This document shows positions 25,396-39,280 of a stretch of 64,000 bases of DNA, one piece after another. The stretch is from Squalus acanthias. Taxonomy: Eukaryota. The stretch covers positions 78,680,001 through 78,744,000 of the forward strand of contig CM059432.1 of assembly GCA_030390025.1 (NCBI GenBank), written 5' to 3'. The position numbers were made by a program, and so were the translations under genes. Each line of letters starts with the position of its first letter. Within the stretch, counting starts at the first letter, position 1. The notes under the pieces were generated by a model that was not told the origin of the DNA, ran no database searches, and worked only from the letters and a program-made list of their open reading frames with translations.

Positions 25396-25971
25396 TTATA
25401 GTATAGATTCCAGTATCTTTCCTAACACTGATGTTAAGCTGACTGGTCTATAGTTCCCAGATTTTGTTCTATCTCCCTTTTTGTATATCGGAACAACATT
25501 GGCTGTCCACCAGTCCTCTGGCACTAGCCCTCCCCTCTTCTATGGAACATTTATGTATATAAGCTAATGTCTCTGCTATCTCCGCCCTAGTCTCCTTGAG
25601 TATGCGTGGGTGCATGCCATCTGGACCTGGGGTTTTATCTTCTTTTAGTTTTGCTAGTTTATCAATTATTTTCTCCCTTTCTATCCCAACTGTATTAATA
25701 TTCTTATTAAGCTCATCCTCTAGTGAAGTGTTTATTTTGTTATCTTCTTTAGTAAAAAACTGAGGCAAAGTTGTTATTCAATACTTCTGCCATTTCTCTG
25801 TTATTACCTATGAGTTTATCTTGCGCATCCTTTAGTGGCCCTATCCTGTCTTTAATTTTCCTTTTGTTATTTATGTGTCTATAGAAAACTTTATTATTTC
25901 TTTTTATATTCCTTGATAATTTGATTTCATAATTTCTCTTTGCCTTCCTTTATTTAACTTTTCTCCTAAGT

Positions 25972-27518
25972 TTTTTTTTAATTTGTTCATGGGATGTGGG
26001 TGTCACTGGCAAGGCCAACATTTATTGCCCATCCCTAATTGCCTTTGAGAAGGTGTTGGTGAGCCACATTCTTGAACCACTGCAGTTCATGTGGTGAAGC
26101 TACTCTCTTAGTGCTGTTAGGGAGGGCATTCCAGGATTTTAACCCAGCGACGATGAAGGAATGGCAATCAAGTCAGCATGGTGTATGACTTGGAGGGGAA
26201 CTTGGAGGTGATGGTGTTCCCATGCACCTGCTGCCCTTGTCCTTCTAGGTGGTAGAGGTCACGGGTTTGGGAGGTGCTGCCAAAGAAGCCTTGGCGAGTT
26301 GCTGCAGTGCATCTTGTAGATGGTACGCACTGCAGTCACGGTGCGTCAGTGGTGGAGGGAGTGAATGTTTAAGGTGATGGATGGGGTGCCAATCAAGCAG
26401 GCTGCTTTGTCCTGGATGGTGTCGAGCTTCTTGAGTGTTGTTGGAGCTGCACTCACCCAGGCAAGTGGAGATTATTCCATCACACTCCTGACTTGTGCCT
26501 TGTACATGGTGGAAAGGCTTTGGGGAGTCAGGAGATGAGGCACTCGCCGCAGAATATCCAACCTCTGACCTGCTCTTGTTGCCACAGTATTGATGTGGCT
26601 GGTCCAGATAAATTTCTGATCAATGGTGACCCCCCAGGATGATGATGGTGGGAGATTCGGCAATGGTAATGCCGTTGAATGTCAAGGGGCAGTGGTTAGA
26701 CTCTTGGTTGTTGGAAATAGTCATTGCCTGCATTTGTGTGGCGTGAATGTTATTTGTCATTTATCAGCCCGAGCTTGAATATCGTCCAGGTCTTGCTGCA
26801 TGCGGGCATGGACTGTTTCATTATCTGAGGAGTTGTGAATGGAACTGGACACTGTGCAATCATCAGCAAACATCCCCACTTCTAACCTTATGATGGAGGG
26901 AAGGTCATTGATGAAGCAGCTGAAGATGGTTGGGCCTAGGACACTGCCCTGAGGAACTCCTGCAGCGATATCCCGGGGCTGAGATGATTGGCCCCCAACA
27001 ACCAAAACCATCTTCCTTTGTGCTAGGTATGACTCCAGCCAGTGGAGAGTTTCCCCCTTGATTCCCATTGACTTCAATTTTACTAGGTCTCCTTGATGTC
27101 AAGGGCAGTCACTCTCACCTCACCTCTGGAATCCAGCTCTTTTATCCATGTTTGGACTAAGGCTGTAATGAGGTGTGGAGTCGAGTGGTCCTGGCGGAAC
27201 CCAAACTAAGCATCGGTGAGCAGGTTATTGGTGAGTAAGTGCCGCTTGATAGCACTCTCAATGACACCTTCCATCACTTTGCTGATGACTGAGAGTAGAC
27301 TAATGGGGTGATAATTGGCCGGATTGGATTTGTCCTGCTTTTTGTGGACAGGACATACCTGGGCAATTTTCCACTTTGTCGGGTAGATTCCAGTGTTGGA
27401 ACAGCTTGGCTAGAGGCGCAGCTAGTTCTGGAGCACAATTCTTCAGCACAACAGTCGGGATGCTGTCGGGGCCCATAGCCTTTGCTGTTTCCAGTGCGCT
27501 CAGCCATTTCTTGATATC
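25972..27518 (-). mobile_element. Second CR1-group LINE family (RT plus 3' end with A-rich tail)
   Basis: GVPQGSVLGPTIFSCFINDL..MFADD..QQDLD; homologous to 46335-47413. Confidence 0.85.
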
Positions 27519-27539
27519 TCAGTCACAGCCATCTACAAG

Positions 27540-28004
27540 TGTCAGTCATGGCTCAGTTGGTAGCACTCACACCTCTGAGTCAGAAGGTCATGGGTTCACA
27601 GCCCCACTCCAGAGACTTGAGCACATAATCAAGGTTTACACTCCAGTGCAGTACAGAGGGAGCGCTGCACTGTCGGAGGTGCCATCTTTCGGATAGAGGT
27701 TAAACCGAGGCCCCATCTGTTCTCTGAGGTGGATGTAAAAGATCCCATGGCACTATTCGAAGAAGAGCAGGTGAGTTCTTTCCACTCTCCTGGCCAACAG
27801 TTATCCCTCAACCAACATCACTAAAAAGCAGATTATCAGGTCAATATCTCATTTCTGTTTGTGGGATCTTGCTGTGCACAAATTGGGTACCACTTTTCCT
27901 ACATTACAACAGTGACTATACTTCAAAAGTACTTAATTGACTATAAAGTGCTTTGGGACATCCTGAGGTTGTGAAAGGCATTATATAAATACAAGTTCTT
28001 TCTT
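27540..28004 (+). mobile_element. Full-length DeuSINE (SacSINE1-like): tRNA head, Deu domain, L2 tail
   Basis: A box TGGCTCAGTTGG, B-box-like GGTTCACAGCC, Deu core GAGGTGGATGTAAAAGATCCCATGGCACTATTCGAAGAAGAGCAGG, tail TATATAAATACAAGTTCTTTCTT. Confidence 0.88.
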
Positions 28005-29085
28005 GCGGCTGATCCGGCTCTGGACCTCCACTATGCAAAGGTATCTCTGGTGTCATACATCCATGTCCCTGGGGTAGTTTGTTCTGCAATCTTGGAGTGC
28101 CCTCTCCTGCTGCTACCACTATGATATAGGCACTGCACCTATTGTGTGGGGTTGAAAAATTCTCCACCCAATTCTTCTGTAGTGATGGTATGTTGATACA
28201 TATGACTCTTGCCCTCTTTTCTTAGACTCCCATTCTAAATGACTAAATATATCTCATAGAGGAAAGTTGATTGTCTTTCATAGGCCTTTAAGATACTGTT
28301 CTAGTCATTAACAACCCGAATCAAGATATTTATCCTCTTTCCCTACTTTCATTACTCCCATTTTGGGCTGCGGAGCAAAACTGAAACTAGTGGCAATAAT
28401 AAAAGAAAATCATAATACTGCTTTTTCTGCCTAGTTTAGTCACATCTACTCTTTCATTAAACTTTGCACACACAAGAAAATATCTCCCCTGATGTTTTTG
28501 AGCAGTGTAGCTTACGTCAGTCAGTGCTTTGTGATTGAAACAATCTCCCTGGACCAGCAGGTTCTGGGATGAATTGATTGCCTCTCAAATTCAGATTATA
28601 TAACTGGACCACACGATGCGAGGTTGTGGTCACAGTTTATAACTTTTTAAACATAAAGTTTCCACAGCGGATTTTTTTTTCTCTCGAACTGGCTCAGAAT
28701 TGGTTTTACTTGAAGCTATTTATCGTATTAACCAAATTTATGAAATCATTTTATATTAAAGGTCATTGACAAGTTCATTTTCTTTATAGTTAAAATTATA
28801 AATTTGTTTCTCAAGCATCTTTATTGCAGATCACAAATAGCTGGTTCTCAGGAAGAAGTAATCATGGAATTACAACATTTCTGCAATGATAGCTTTCAAA
28901 GTGATTGAAAATTTAATAGCGCTTGATTTATACGTAAAGATTGGCATAAATTTGCGTGTTGACAGCCACTTCCATGTCAACTGAGGTCTCCCTGTTGCAG
29001 TATTAGACAGTATAGGTGCCAAGTGTCAGATAACAGATATTATCAATAACTGTTAATGCAGTCAGGATTTATGATCAGACAGCAT

Positions 29086-29721
29086 AGCCCTGATTTTAAC
29101 AACCCCCCACCCCCCCACCCATGTCCGAAGAGAACGGGGCATGTAAGGGGTTAAAATGCTTGCAACGACCTACTCACCTGATTCTCGCTGGCCTCGTGCT
29201 GCGCGCCATTTTAACAGGCATGTTCTGGCCAGCTGGTGAGGTGCTCACACCAGGTAGGTGAGCATCTTCTTGAAATTCAAAAGTCAGAATCTGATGACAT
29301 CATTCAGACCCCCCAGTTGTATTTTAACCCTCGACAGAAGCTTTCGCCGCCCAGTGTCAGACTTGCCAGGAGCACATGGCGCACAGGAGCAGCAAGCCAT
29401 GCAGAGGGCCAAAAAGGCAAGGGCATTTTTTTAATGGTTTCCTTGTGGACCAGCAGGAGCAGGAGTGCTCGTCCAGGCCCCACAAGGAAACCTAAGACCC
29501 TGGACTTCCCTCCCCCACCCCCGGCTGCAATCGCCTACCCCCCACCACCACTTACTAGACTACTGGGGTCTGTTCCCATTGGGTTCCCATCTCCTGCCTG
29601 CCAGCCTGACATCATTGACGCTGGGTTCAGGCGGGAATTGGGCCTGGTATATTTAAATAAGGCCCAGGCCTCACGTGGCCAGCCTCACACTTGCCCTTCG
29701 TTCCCAGTAAAAATCGGGGCT
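29086..29721. mobile_element. Harbinger-type MITE related to 14453-14738
   Basis: TIR AGCCCTGATTTT / AAAATCGGGGCT; flanks CAT/CAG. Confidence 0.7.
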
Positions 29722-30329
29722 CAGATTTTCTTTTTCTTTATTTTCTTTTGCGTGACTTGTTGCCAATGAAATTTTAAAAAATTAAATTAATGCATGACTT
29801 TTTGCATTACTATTTCTATTTTTCTCGTGAACAAGCACTTTGAGTGGCAGTAGTATGCTGCAGAAATTAGCATGACTGCCATAAAATAGTGATTGAGCAT
29901 AGCAGGATCCATCTGCTTTAACTCAACTCACTGACCCATCTTGGTTATATCCTACTGTACAGTGGGATGGTATTGATTACCACCAGGGAACTGTCTGTAC
30001 AATCCAGATAACACTTTTCATTAAGTACAGTAAATCTCCTTTGAATTCACAATAGTGCCTTCATTTCATTCAATTAAAACTAATCAAATCTTTCATGCTG
30101 AGCAGAGTGGATCGCTGCAAACAATTATTTTACATTAAATAAATATATTCTTGTTGTCATTTAGATATTCAATGAAGGTTAGAGAGACAAATTTAAAATA
30201 ACCGTTCAAACTGGTATAAAGATTTAATTAATTCATTTGTGTCTGGGATGGTTATAAATCACACAGCCATGGATAAACACTCTTTTAGTTGATGATCCCA
30301 AAAATGATTAAAAAGCATTTTACCCACCC

Positions 30330-30635
30330 CCGATGGCTCAGCAAGTTTATCCAGTGAGTAGCTGAGCTGTTGAGAGTGGAAAGATTTCTGAATCAAACCC
30401 CAGTCTATGCTGATCACAGCTGAGGAAGCATAGGGGTGCTACAGTGGGCCTCAGAGTGGTGTGGACGTAGACTGAGGCCAGGATTTCACTGAGATGTAAT
30501 GGTCTCTGTGACCGATTAGCCTGCCAGCACTCACTACCAAGGCTCACATGCGTATAATAGCCATTTGGACAAGATAATGGAGAATGACCGGTATCTGTAG
30601 AACTCCACCCAACAAGGAGTCGGCACCTTTAGGAT
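30330..30635 (+). mobile_element. Ancient degenerate SINE-like repeat (family not identified)
   Basis: TGGCTCAG A-box-like head; diverged inverted homologue at ~40835-41020. Confidence 0.5.
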
Positions 30636-30725
30636 ATTACATCTGAATAAGCACTCAGGTTGATGTGGTATTAGAGTGTCTGCTATAATTTCAGACTCTC
30701 TGGAATATTCTCTCAAAGATATAAT

Positions 30726-31190
30726 GGGGGCAAAATTGGGTGCCTTTGCGCCTCCCGTTGGCACCTCTGGGGGGCGCTAACGGGGCGCAAATGGCTTTGC
30801 AACTGGGCGCAGCGCTGACATCGACTCCCGCCATATTCGGCGGGAGTTTTGCGGCGGCGCTATGGCGTTGTGCCCCAATCTCCTTTGCCCGGAGATCATG
30901 ACATCATCATTGTGCACATCATCCCGGTAGCGCCCCGGACCCGAAATTGACTTTCGCCCCCTGCAGCAGCGCCGGTCGAAAACACCGACAGCTGCAGGAG
31001 GCGTGCATCGGGCGGCCGGCTGCTTCGGGGGCGATGATTAAAGGCGAGGTGGCCGAGGTAAGTAAAACAAAAATTACCTTTGTTGTTCCGGTTTTTTTCG
31101 CGGGTTCCTGCCCGTGATCGATCAACCCAGCACTCTGCTTGAGTGCCGGGCTGATCGCACGGGATCGCGGCTGCCTTGGTGGTCCAGGTA
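30726..31190. mobile_element. Partial GC-rich Harbinger-type MITE
   Basis: GGGGGCAAAATT terminus, then TTGCGCCTCCCGTT..GGGCGCTAACGGGGCGCA as at 9295 and 54001; other end not found. Confidence 0.7.
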
Positions 31191-32173
31191 GGTAATTTTT
31201 ATATTGCAGAGCAATAATTTATTTTTTAATTGTAATTTTTATCATAATGGAGAAATTTGACATTGCACAAATATAAAAATCAGTTTTTCAGGACCAAAAC
31301 AGTTGCTTAGCATTCAATATGCTGTTAAAACCCCAGTTACACTTATTCCAACAAGGCTTAACATTTAGAGGGATGTTTAACAGCTATATTAGTGTGGAAA
31401 AGCTCAAGTTTTTGTCAGTTCCACTGATTTCACTGATTTCACTGATTGCTGGCTATGGACGGGGGTGGCGGCGGGGGGGGGAGTTCCACAACACAGCCTG
31501 TGTTGGGGGGGGGAGTTCCACAACACAGCCTGTGTCGGAGCAGTGAATGATTGACCACAACTTCAGGATTTCTGCATTTAGCTGCGCATGCGCTAAATCC
31601 AGAAATTACTGGTCAGTTTCAGAGGGGTAATGACGGCGAACGCTGACAGTTCGCCTTCATTACCCACCGCAAAATCCGTATTGTTAAGAATTTTTTTTAA
31701 ATGTTGCCTCGGGTTACTTTCTGTTTCGCTACAAATAGCCCTCTTCTTCTAAAAGGAAGGCATTCACTTCTCACACGGAGATTGTCACCAGCTTTGGAAC
31801 AAATTCGTAGAATTGCAGATATTTATGAAAAGTAACAGAGTAAAAATTCCTGTGGCAAAGGTGATTTTGTACTGTGGGATCTGGGCAATCCTCTGGAAGA
31901 AAGAAAGGTTGTGGATTTTCCGGCTCCCCATTTGATTTGCATACCCTGGTTTCCCACCACTTTCACTCACTTTGGCACATCATAAAATATTATGCAAATG
32001 AGGACATAATGATGCACTCCTCAAGTTTCTGGTTTCCCACCCTATTCCCATCCAGTATTTCCATCCAAGTTTTCTTATTTAAAATGTTAATAAACTTGCA
32101 GAATGAGGTGTAAATGGCAAATGAATTTCAGTATAGATAAATGTGAGCTGATGCATTTTGATAGGAGGAATGG

Positions 32174-35100
32174 ACATAAGAACATAAGAAATAGGAGCAG
32201 GAGTAGGCCATTCGGCCCTTCGAGCCTGCTCCGCCATTCAGTGAGATCATGGCTGATCTTCTGCTTCAATTCCATTCACCGGCCCTATCGCCATATCCCT
32301 TGATGCCCTTACTAGTCAGAAATCTATCGACTTCTGTTTTGAATATACCCAATGACTGAGCCTCCACAGCCCTCTGGGGTAGAGAATTCCAAAGATTCAC
32401 CACCCTCTGTGTGAAGAAATTTCTTCTCATCTCAGTCCTGAATGGCCTACCCTTTATCCTAAGGCTGTGGCCCCTGGTTCTAGACTCCCCAGCCAAGGGA
32501 AACATTCTCCCAGCATCCATCCTATCAAGCCCTGTAATAATTTTGTATGTTTCAATGAGATCCCCTCTTATTCTTCTGAATTCAAGAGAATACAGGCCTA
32601 GTTTACTCAATCTCTTCTCATACGACAGTCCCGCCATCCCAGGAATCAATCTCGTGAACCTTCGTTGCACACCCTCTATGGCAAGTATATCCTTCCTTAG
32701 GTAAGGAGACCAAAACTGTACACAGTACTCCAGGTGTGGTCTCACCAAGGCCCTATATAATTGGAGTAAGACTTCTTTACTCCTGTACTCAAATCCTCTT
32801 GTAATGAAGGCCAGCATACCATTTGCCTTCATAATGGCTTGCTGCACCTGCACATTCACTTTCAGTGACTCATGTACAAGGACACCCAGGACCCTTTGAG
32901 CATCTGCATTCCCCAATCTTTTACCATTTAGGAAATACTCTGCCTTTCTGTTTTTTTCTACCAAAGTAGATAACTTCACATTTATCCACATTATATTCCA
33001 TCTTCCATGTTCTCACCCACTCACTGAGCCTGTCGAGATCCCCCTGAAGCCTCTTCACATCCTCTTCACAACTGACACTGCCACCTAGCTTTGTATAATC
33101 AGCAAATTTGAAAATGTTACATTTAGTCCCCTCATCCAAATCATTGATATAGATTGTGAATAGCTGGGGCCCAAGCACCGATCCTTGCGGTACCCCACTA
33201 GTCACAGCCTGCCATCCTGAAAAAGACCCGTTTATCCCTACTCTTTGTTTTCTGTCTGTTAACCAACTCTCAATCCATGCTAGTATATTACCCCCAATTC
33301 CATGTGCCCTAATTTTGTTCACCAACCTCTTGTGTGGGACCTTATCGAAGGCCTTCTGAAAACCAAATACACCACATGTACCGGTTCCCCTTTGTCTACT
33401 CCACTAGTTACATCCTCAAAGAACTCCAATAGGTTTGTCAAACAGGATTTACTTTTCATAAATCCATGTTGACTCTGCCCAATCTTACTATTAGTTAATA
33501 AGTGCCCAGTTATTGCATCCTTTATACAGGAAACTCTTTGGTATCCGGCACCGACGGGACCGGGATGGTGCCGGTTGATTAAAAATTCCGGATAACGGAG
33601 AGGTATATCTAACAAGGCTGTTTTTAACAAACAAAAATAAAAAAATCAAGAAATGTGCAGTATAATTGGGTACTCCCCTACAGAATGTTGTGTTAAATGG
33701 ATGGTGGAAGATGCTTGATTAAATACAGTAATGCCAGTTGAGGGTAATCCATAACTCTTTAATTACTTAACAGTAAAACAAAACTTATAAACGACTGTAT
33801 ACTGTAGTTTTCGGAGTATGAATTCTGCCGGTTATTAGAGAGTTCCAGATATTTAGGTGCCGTTTAAACGAGAGTTTCCTGTAATAGATTCCAGCATTTT
33901 CCCAACTACTGATGTGAGGCTAACAGGTCCTTTCTTAAATAGCAGGGTTACATTTGCTATCCTCCAATCTGCAGGAACCGTTCCAGAATCTATAGAATTT
34001 TGGCAGATGACAACCAATGTGTCCACTATCCCAATGGCCACCTCTTTCAAAACCCTAGGATGTAGGTCATCCGGTCCTTGGGATTTATCGACTTTTAGTC
34101 CCATTAATTTTGCTAGTACTGTTTTTTTACTAATAATAATTTCTTTAAGTTCCTCATTCTCACCACACCCTTGGTTTTCTCATATTTCTGGGAGGTTTTT
34201 TGTGTCTTCCTCCGTGAAGACAGAAACAAAGTATTTATTTAATTTCTCAGCCATTTCCTCATTCCCCATTATAAATTCTCCCGTCTCTGACTGTAAAGGA
34301 CCTACATTTACCTTCGCCAGTCTTTTCCTTTTCACATACCTATAGAAACTTTTACAATCCGTTTTTATATTTTTCGCTAGTTTGTGCTCATATTCCATTT
34401 TCCCTTTCTTGATCAATTTCTTGGTCCCCCTTTGCTGATTTCTAAAAAGATCCCAATCCTCAGGCTGACCGCTTTTTCTGGCAACTTTATAAGCTTCCTC
34501 CTTTGACTTAATACGAGCTTTAATTTCTTTTGTTAGCCATGGTTGGATCACTTTTCCTTTTGGGTTTTTATGCCCTAGAGGAATATATGTTTGTTGCAAA
34601 TTATGCATTATTTCCTTGAATGTTAGCTATTGTATGTCCACCTTCATACCTTTTAGTGTAGTCTCCCAATCTACCATGGCCAACTTGTCCCTCATACCCT
34701 TGTAGTTTCCTCTGTTTAGATTGAAGACCTTAGTTTCAGATTGGACTAAATCACTCTCAAACTTAATGTAAAATTCAATCATATTATGGTCACTTGTCCC
34801 TAAATGCCCCTTTACCACAAGATTATTGATCAGCCCTTTCTCATTACACAGTACCAGATCCAGAATAGCCTGTTCCCTGGTTGGTTCCTCCACACACTGA
34901 TCTAGGAAACCATCTCGCATGCATTCCAAGAATTCGTCCTCCACACCATTAGTGGTAATTTGATTTGCCCAGTCAATATGTAGATTAAAGTCCCCCATGA
35001 TTACCGTATTTCCCTTGTTACATGCACTTCTAATCTCTTGATTGATACTGTGCTCTACATTACCACTACTGTTTGGTGGCCTATACACAACTCCCACCAA

Positions 35101-35684
35101 TGTTTTCCCCCCTTTGCTGTTTCTTAGCTCCACACAAACTGATTCCAGTTCTAAATCACAATCTGCCAAGCCAAGATCTTTTATCTCTACCGTACCAATC
35201 TCATCCCTTATTAACAGCACTACGCCACCTCCTTTTCCTTTTTGTCTGTCCTTCCTAAATGTTGAGTACCCTGGAACATTCAGTTCCCAGCTTTGGTTAC
35301 CCTGCAACCATGTCTCTGTAATGGCAATTACTTCATACCCATTTACTTCTATTTGTGCCATTAATTCATCCACCTTGTTGTGAATGCTACGTGCATTTAG
35401 ATAAAGTGCCTTCAACTTTGCCTGTTTAATATTTTTCTGCACTTTGACCCTCTTTACTGTTGGCCTTTGTTTCTGCTCCCTACTAGTTTTGCTGACTACT
35501 TTTCTAACTTGCACTTCCAGCTTTGTTTCTCTCCATTCTGGGCCCACAATTAGGTTCCCAGCCCCCTGACAAACTACTTTAAATCCTTCCCAACAGCACT
35601 AGCAAACCCCCCTGCGAGGATATTGGTCCCGGTTCTGCCGAGGTGTAATGCGTCCAGCTTGTACAGGTCCCACCTTCCCTGGAA
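32174..35684 (-). mobile_element. CR1 (HER1-like) LINE: ORF1 esterase C-terminus plus degraded full ORF2
   Basis: ORF1 end GRWDLYKLDALHL..; APE ORF 34627-35547 LYLNARSI..ITETW..YRPP..MGDFN..LDL..SDH; RT PQGSVLGP..FAD; tail (TTCTTATG)n. Confidence 0.93.
33527..33881. mobile_element. Tc1/mariner (pogo/Tigger-like) MITE in a CR1
   Basis: TIR CAGGAAACTCT..CGGCACC at both ends; TA TSD; removal restores CATCCTTTATAATAGATTCC. Confidence 0.88.
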
Positions 35685-37137
35685 GGGAGGCCATATACTC
35701 CTTGGAAATAAGTCTAATTGGGGTAGAAGAGCAAAGGGATCTAGGGGTACACATTCACAAATCATTAAAAGTAGCAACGCAAGTTAACAAGGCCATAAAA
35801 AATGCAAACAAAGCACTAGGGTTCATTTTTAGAGAAATAGAATTAAAAAGCAGGGAATAGAACCATGGTTAGAGCACACTTAGAGTACTGTACACAGTTC
35901 TGGTCTCCATATTACAAAAATGATATAGAGGCACTGGGGAAGGTGAAAAAAAGATTTACAAGAGTGATACTCGAACTGAGAGGTTCTAACTTTCAGGAAA
36001 GACTGAACGGGCTGATGTTCCTTCCTCTAGAAAAAAGCCGGCCGAGGGGTGACCTAATAGAGGTCTTTAAAATTATAAAGGGGTTTGATAGAATAGACAT
36101 AGAGAAGATGTTTCCACTTGTGGGGGAGTCTAAAACTTGGGGCCAGAAATATAAAATAGTGACTAACAAATTCAATAGAGAATTCAGGAGAAACTTCTTT
36201 ACCCAGAGAGTGGTTAGAATGTGGAATTTGCTGCCACATGAGGTTAAGGCAAATAACATAGATGCCTTTAAGGGGAAGCTAAATAAGTACATGATGGAGA
36301 AAGGAATAGAAAGATAGGCAGATAGGGTTAGATGAAGTAGAGTGAGAGGTGGCTTCTGTGGAGCATAAACAACAGCATAGATAATTGGGCCAAATGGCCT
36401 GTTTTTGTGCTGTAACTTCTATGTAATTCTATGTAATGTCAAATGGACATCAAAGCCAAGCAAGGTTATCACCTGTTGGGAAAGTATTTCTTAAAGGTTT
36501 GCAGCCATCTTTTTCCCAGCCATTCCATTGCAAGATATGAGGGGAGCCAGAAATATGATGCTGGGATTCCCTGAAGCCCACTACACAACCAATCCCCCAG
36601 ATTGGACTGCCTGAGTGATGCTCCAGTCTTTAAATGCCTGGATGTAAAGGGCAATTCATGGGATTCCTGACAGGAATTTTGCTGCAAGGTGGCCCTCTCC
36701 TTTATATAGAGTCAACCTCCATTTAATCAATCATTTAATAGTATTTTTCAGCCCAGTTCTTAAGGCCTTAGTGGGCGGGGACAGCAATGATCATGCAACC
36801 CCAAGTTCTTCACTGGCTGCTGGTGCCCAAATTTCCATCCCCTTCTCGGCCTTCCCAATGTATCTTACTCTACATTGTAAGAATATATAAGTTTTTATAT
36901 TATTTTAATACAGAACAAAGACGGAACAGCTAATGTAGCCAGAGTTGGTTTAAACTGTGTGCTTGTAAATCCTATCCTTTGATCACAATGAAGCTGGTAA
37001 CATTGGAGAAGGATGAATTTCAGGGCTGAAGAGATTGTACTCTGTAAGGATAGGCACATATAGATTATTAAATAAATAAGCTAGTTGGTATTAATGATAT
37101 AATATGGAGCTAAAAAGGTTGTTAGGTTAAACACATA

Positions 37138-39212
37138 GGGAGTGAAATTCCATACCACTGGGAAACGGGCGCTGGGCCCACGTCCGTTCAAGGAGCACAG
37201 GCAGCACGTCAACTTCCTGTTGCCTGCTAATGATAATGATTGTAGTGCACAGCCCAGCACTGGACGTGCTGCTGACAGGCTAGCTGGCTGACAGGCAACT
37301 GCAATGGCACTGGAGGAGTGACAGTGGTGGAAGTATGAATTACTGTCATCCTGAGAGGACAGCAGGTTCGTGCTCCACGGAGCCACTGCCACACCCCCGG
37401 GGTGGCGCCTCAGCATTCCTAGCCATCTGGAGATTGCTGGACTGCTGTGAGACCCTGCAAGCCCATTTCCACACTCGTAAACCCAGCCACGTTGGCAGCG
37501 GTCTGAGCTTGCGTGGCTGCAAGCTGAGCCTGCATGAGAGCAGTCTGAGCTTCCACTGCAGCACTCAGACGTTGGGTGGCTTCCACTTGTGCTGCAATGG
37601 AAGCTGTGACATCGCACATCAGGCTCTGCATCATGGTTGGGTCCACAAGTGCTCTAATGGAGTTGCCCATCACTTCCATCCCAAAAATCATGGGTTTCAA
37701 GCTCCACGGAAAGCTCCATGCAATGTTGGAACCGGACTCCTCCATGCTTCTTGATACTGACAAGAGGCTCTCTGGCAGGCCTGCCATTGTACCAAGCATT
37801 TCTGTGTGCAAGCCCATCTTCTGAAGGCCACAGCATCGAAGTCATCATCTGAGTGTTCTGCAGCAGAATGCCCTCCGGGAAGCTGGCACCTGCGCTGCCC
37901 TTTCCCCCTGGCCTGGCTGCAGCCCACTCGTGCCCGGTGACTCACCACGTGCACATCCCGCCTCTATACTACCCTCTAAATTTCACGCAGCGCCATTTTC
38001 TAAGCTGGTGTCTGGGAGTGTCAGATCGAGTGACGGTGTCTCTTCTTCTCCATCATTCTCCTCTACTTCTTCCTGCACAGGCTGGGCTGGTGGCAGTTCT
38101 TGGGTATCTGAAAGGAGAAAGGCACAAGGGTCAGGTTGTGGTGAGGGGAGTGGGGGGAAAGCAAGTGCGCATGTTTACACCATCAGCAGCTTGTAAGTGA
38201 GAAGAGATTGTGGGATGAGGGGGAAGTGGGATGTGAGAAGAAGGATTAGGTATGAACATACCGCCATCATCAGCAATGCTTTCAACTTTGCCACTCACCA
38301 CGGCCTCAGTGATGGTCCCTCCAATTATCTCCAGCACTGTCTCCTCCAGCTGGGTCAGGTTCTGCAGCTGTGTTTGCCCTCCGCCTGTTTGCTCCTGCTC
38401 GCGCGGGTTGTGAGCCAACTTGGCCTGCAAGAGAAAGGGAAGTGTGTTAGTGAGTGTGGTGCAATGTGTTTGTGTGATGTGCCTGTCATAGTTGATTAGT
38501 TGGCATGTTGTGCAAGGTGTGAGATGTAGGTGTGAGGCTTGCAGCAGAGGTAAGTATGTGAGGGTGAGGTGAAGCTATAATTGTGAGGTATGAGTTGTGA
38601 TTGCTAGAGATTGTTGGTAGGTGAGTGATGAGGGTGTGGTGCATTGAGTAGTGTGTGAGGATCGTGGTGCAGTTGGTGCGTTATGACATTTGAAGATGCA
38701 TTCACTCACCTTGACCACTCGTATAAGGTCATTAAACTTCTTCCGGCACTTGGTCCATGTCCTGGGGGAAATCTTCAGCGACCTCCTCCCACTGTCTTCA
38801 AACAGTGGGTCTGGAGGGCCTCCTGGCCCCCTGCAGATAGAGGACCTGTCTCCCCCTGCACCAAGGCCTCCAGTGCTGCATCGGAGAACCGAGGTGCCCT
38901 TTCTCTGCCCTGTTGAGACGTTGCTAAGTTGCAGTTCCAGTCAGATTGAGGTGCTTCTCTCACTTCCACTTTAAGAAATGCAGACAGCCTTTCACTCTGC
39001 AGGCAACCTTTAAATACAGAGCAGACTTCCCACGATATTGGTCCCCCTGTTGAGCGCTGAGCCAACCAGCAGCGTTTTTAGCACTGGGCTCAGTGCTGCA
39101 ATCATGTAGGCAGCACGAATGTCGCGTGCTGCCTGCACTACTTTCAACAGGCGCGGGCAGATCGCGCATCACGATCCCCGTGCCCGTTTTCGGGCCTTAT
39201 CCAATTTAGCCC
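37138..39212 (-). mobile_element. Harbinger derivative with a decayed three-exon Myb/SANT gene and no transposase
   Basis: QQGRERAPRFSDAALEALV..CRKKFNDL..K|GTGAGT (38710); AG|AKLAHNPREQEQTGGG (38424-38262); exon 3 from 38107 with coiled-coil; ends GGGAGTGAAATT and CCAATTTAGCCC match only loosely. Confidence 0.78.
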
Positions 39213-39280
39213 ACAGGCTTTTTATCACAGCAGGGGGGAGTGTAAAAGAAGGAAATTACTGCAATATAAATAAGGGACAT

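Larger units (their letters stand above)
21566..25965 (-). mobile_element. Older CR1 LINE in two pieces (21566-~22110 and ~24936-25965)
   Basis: WQINFNIDKCEVMHFG..EQRDLGI; KTPGPDGMHPRILKE; CATAGAAT-type tail at 21566. Confidence 0.75.
32085..36436 (+). mobile_element. CR1 3' fragment split by an antisense CR1 (pieces ~32085-32173 and ~35685-36436)
   Basis: KWQMNFSIDKCELMHF | EEQRDLGVHI..VRAHLEYCTQFWSP..RRNFFTQRVV; tail (TTCTATGTAA)n. Confidence 0.85.

Noticed and set aside
27540..27612. tRNA gene
   Set aside because: It is the tRNA-derived head of a DeuSINE and continues into the Deu domain.
36469..36687. Possible host exon on the minus strand (AG..GT bounded, open frame)
   Set aside because: No polypyrimidine tract, no recognisable protein and no partner exons.
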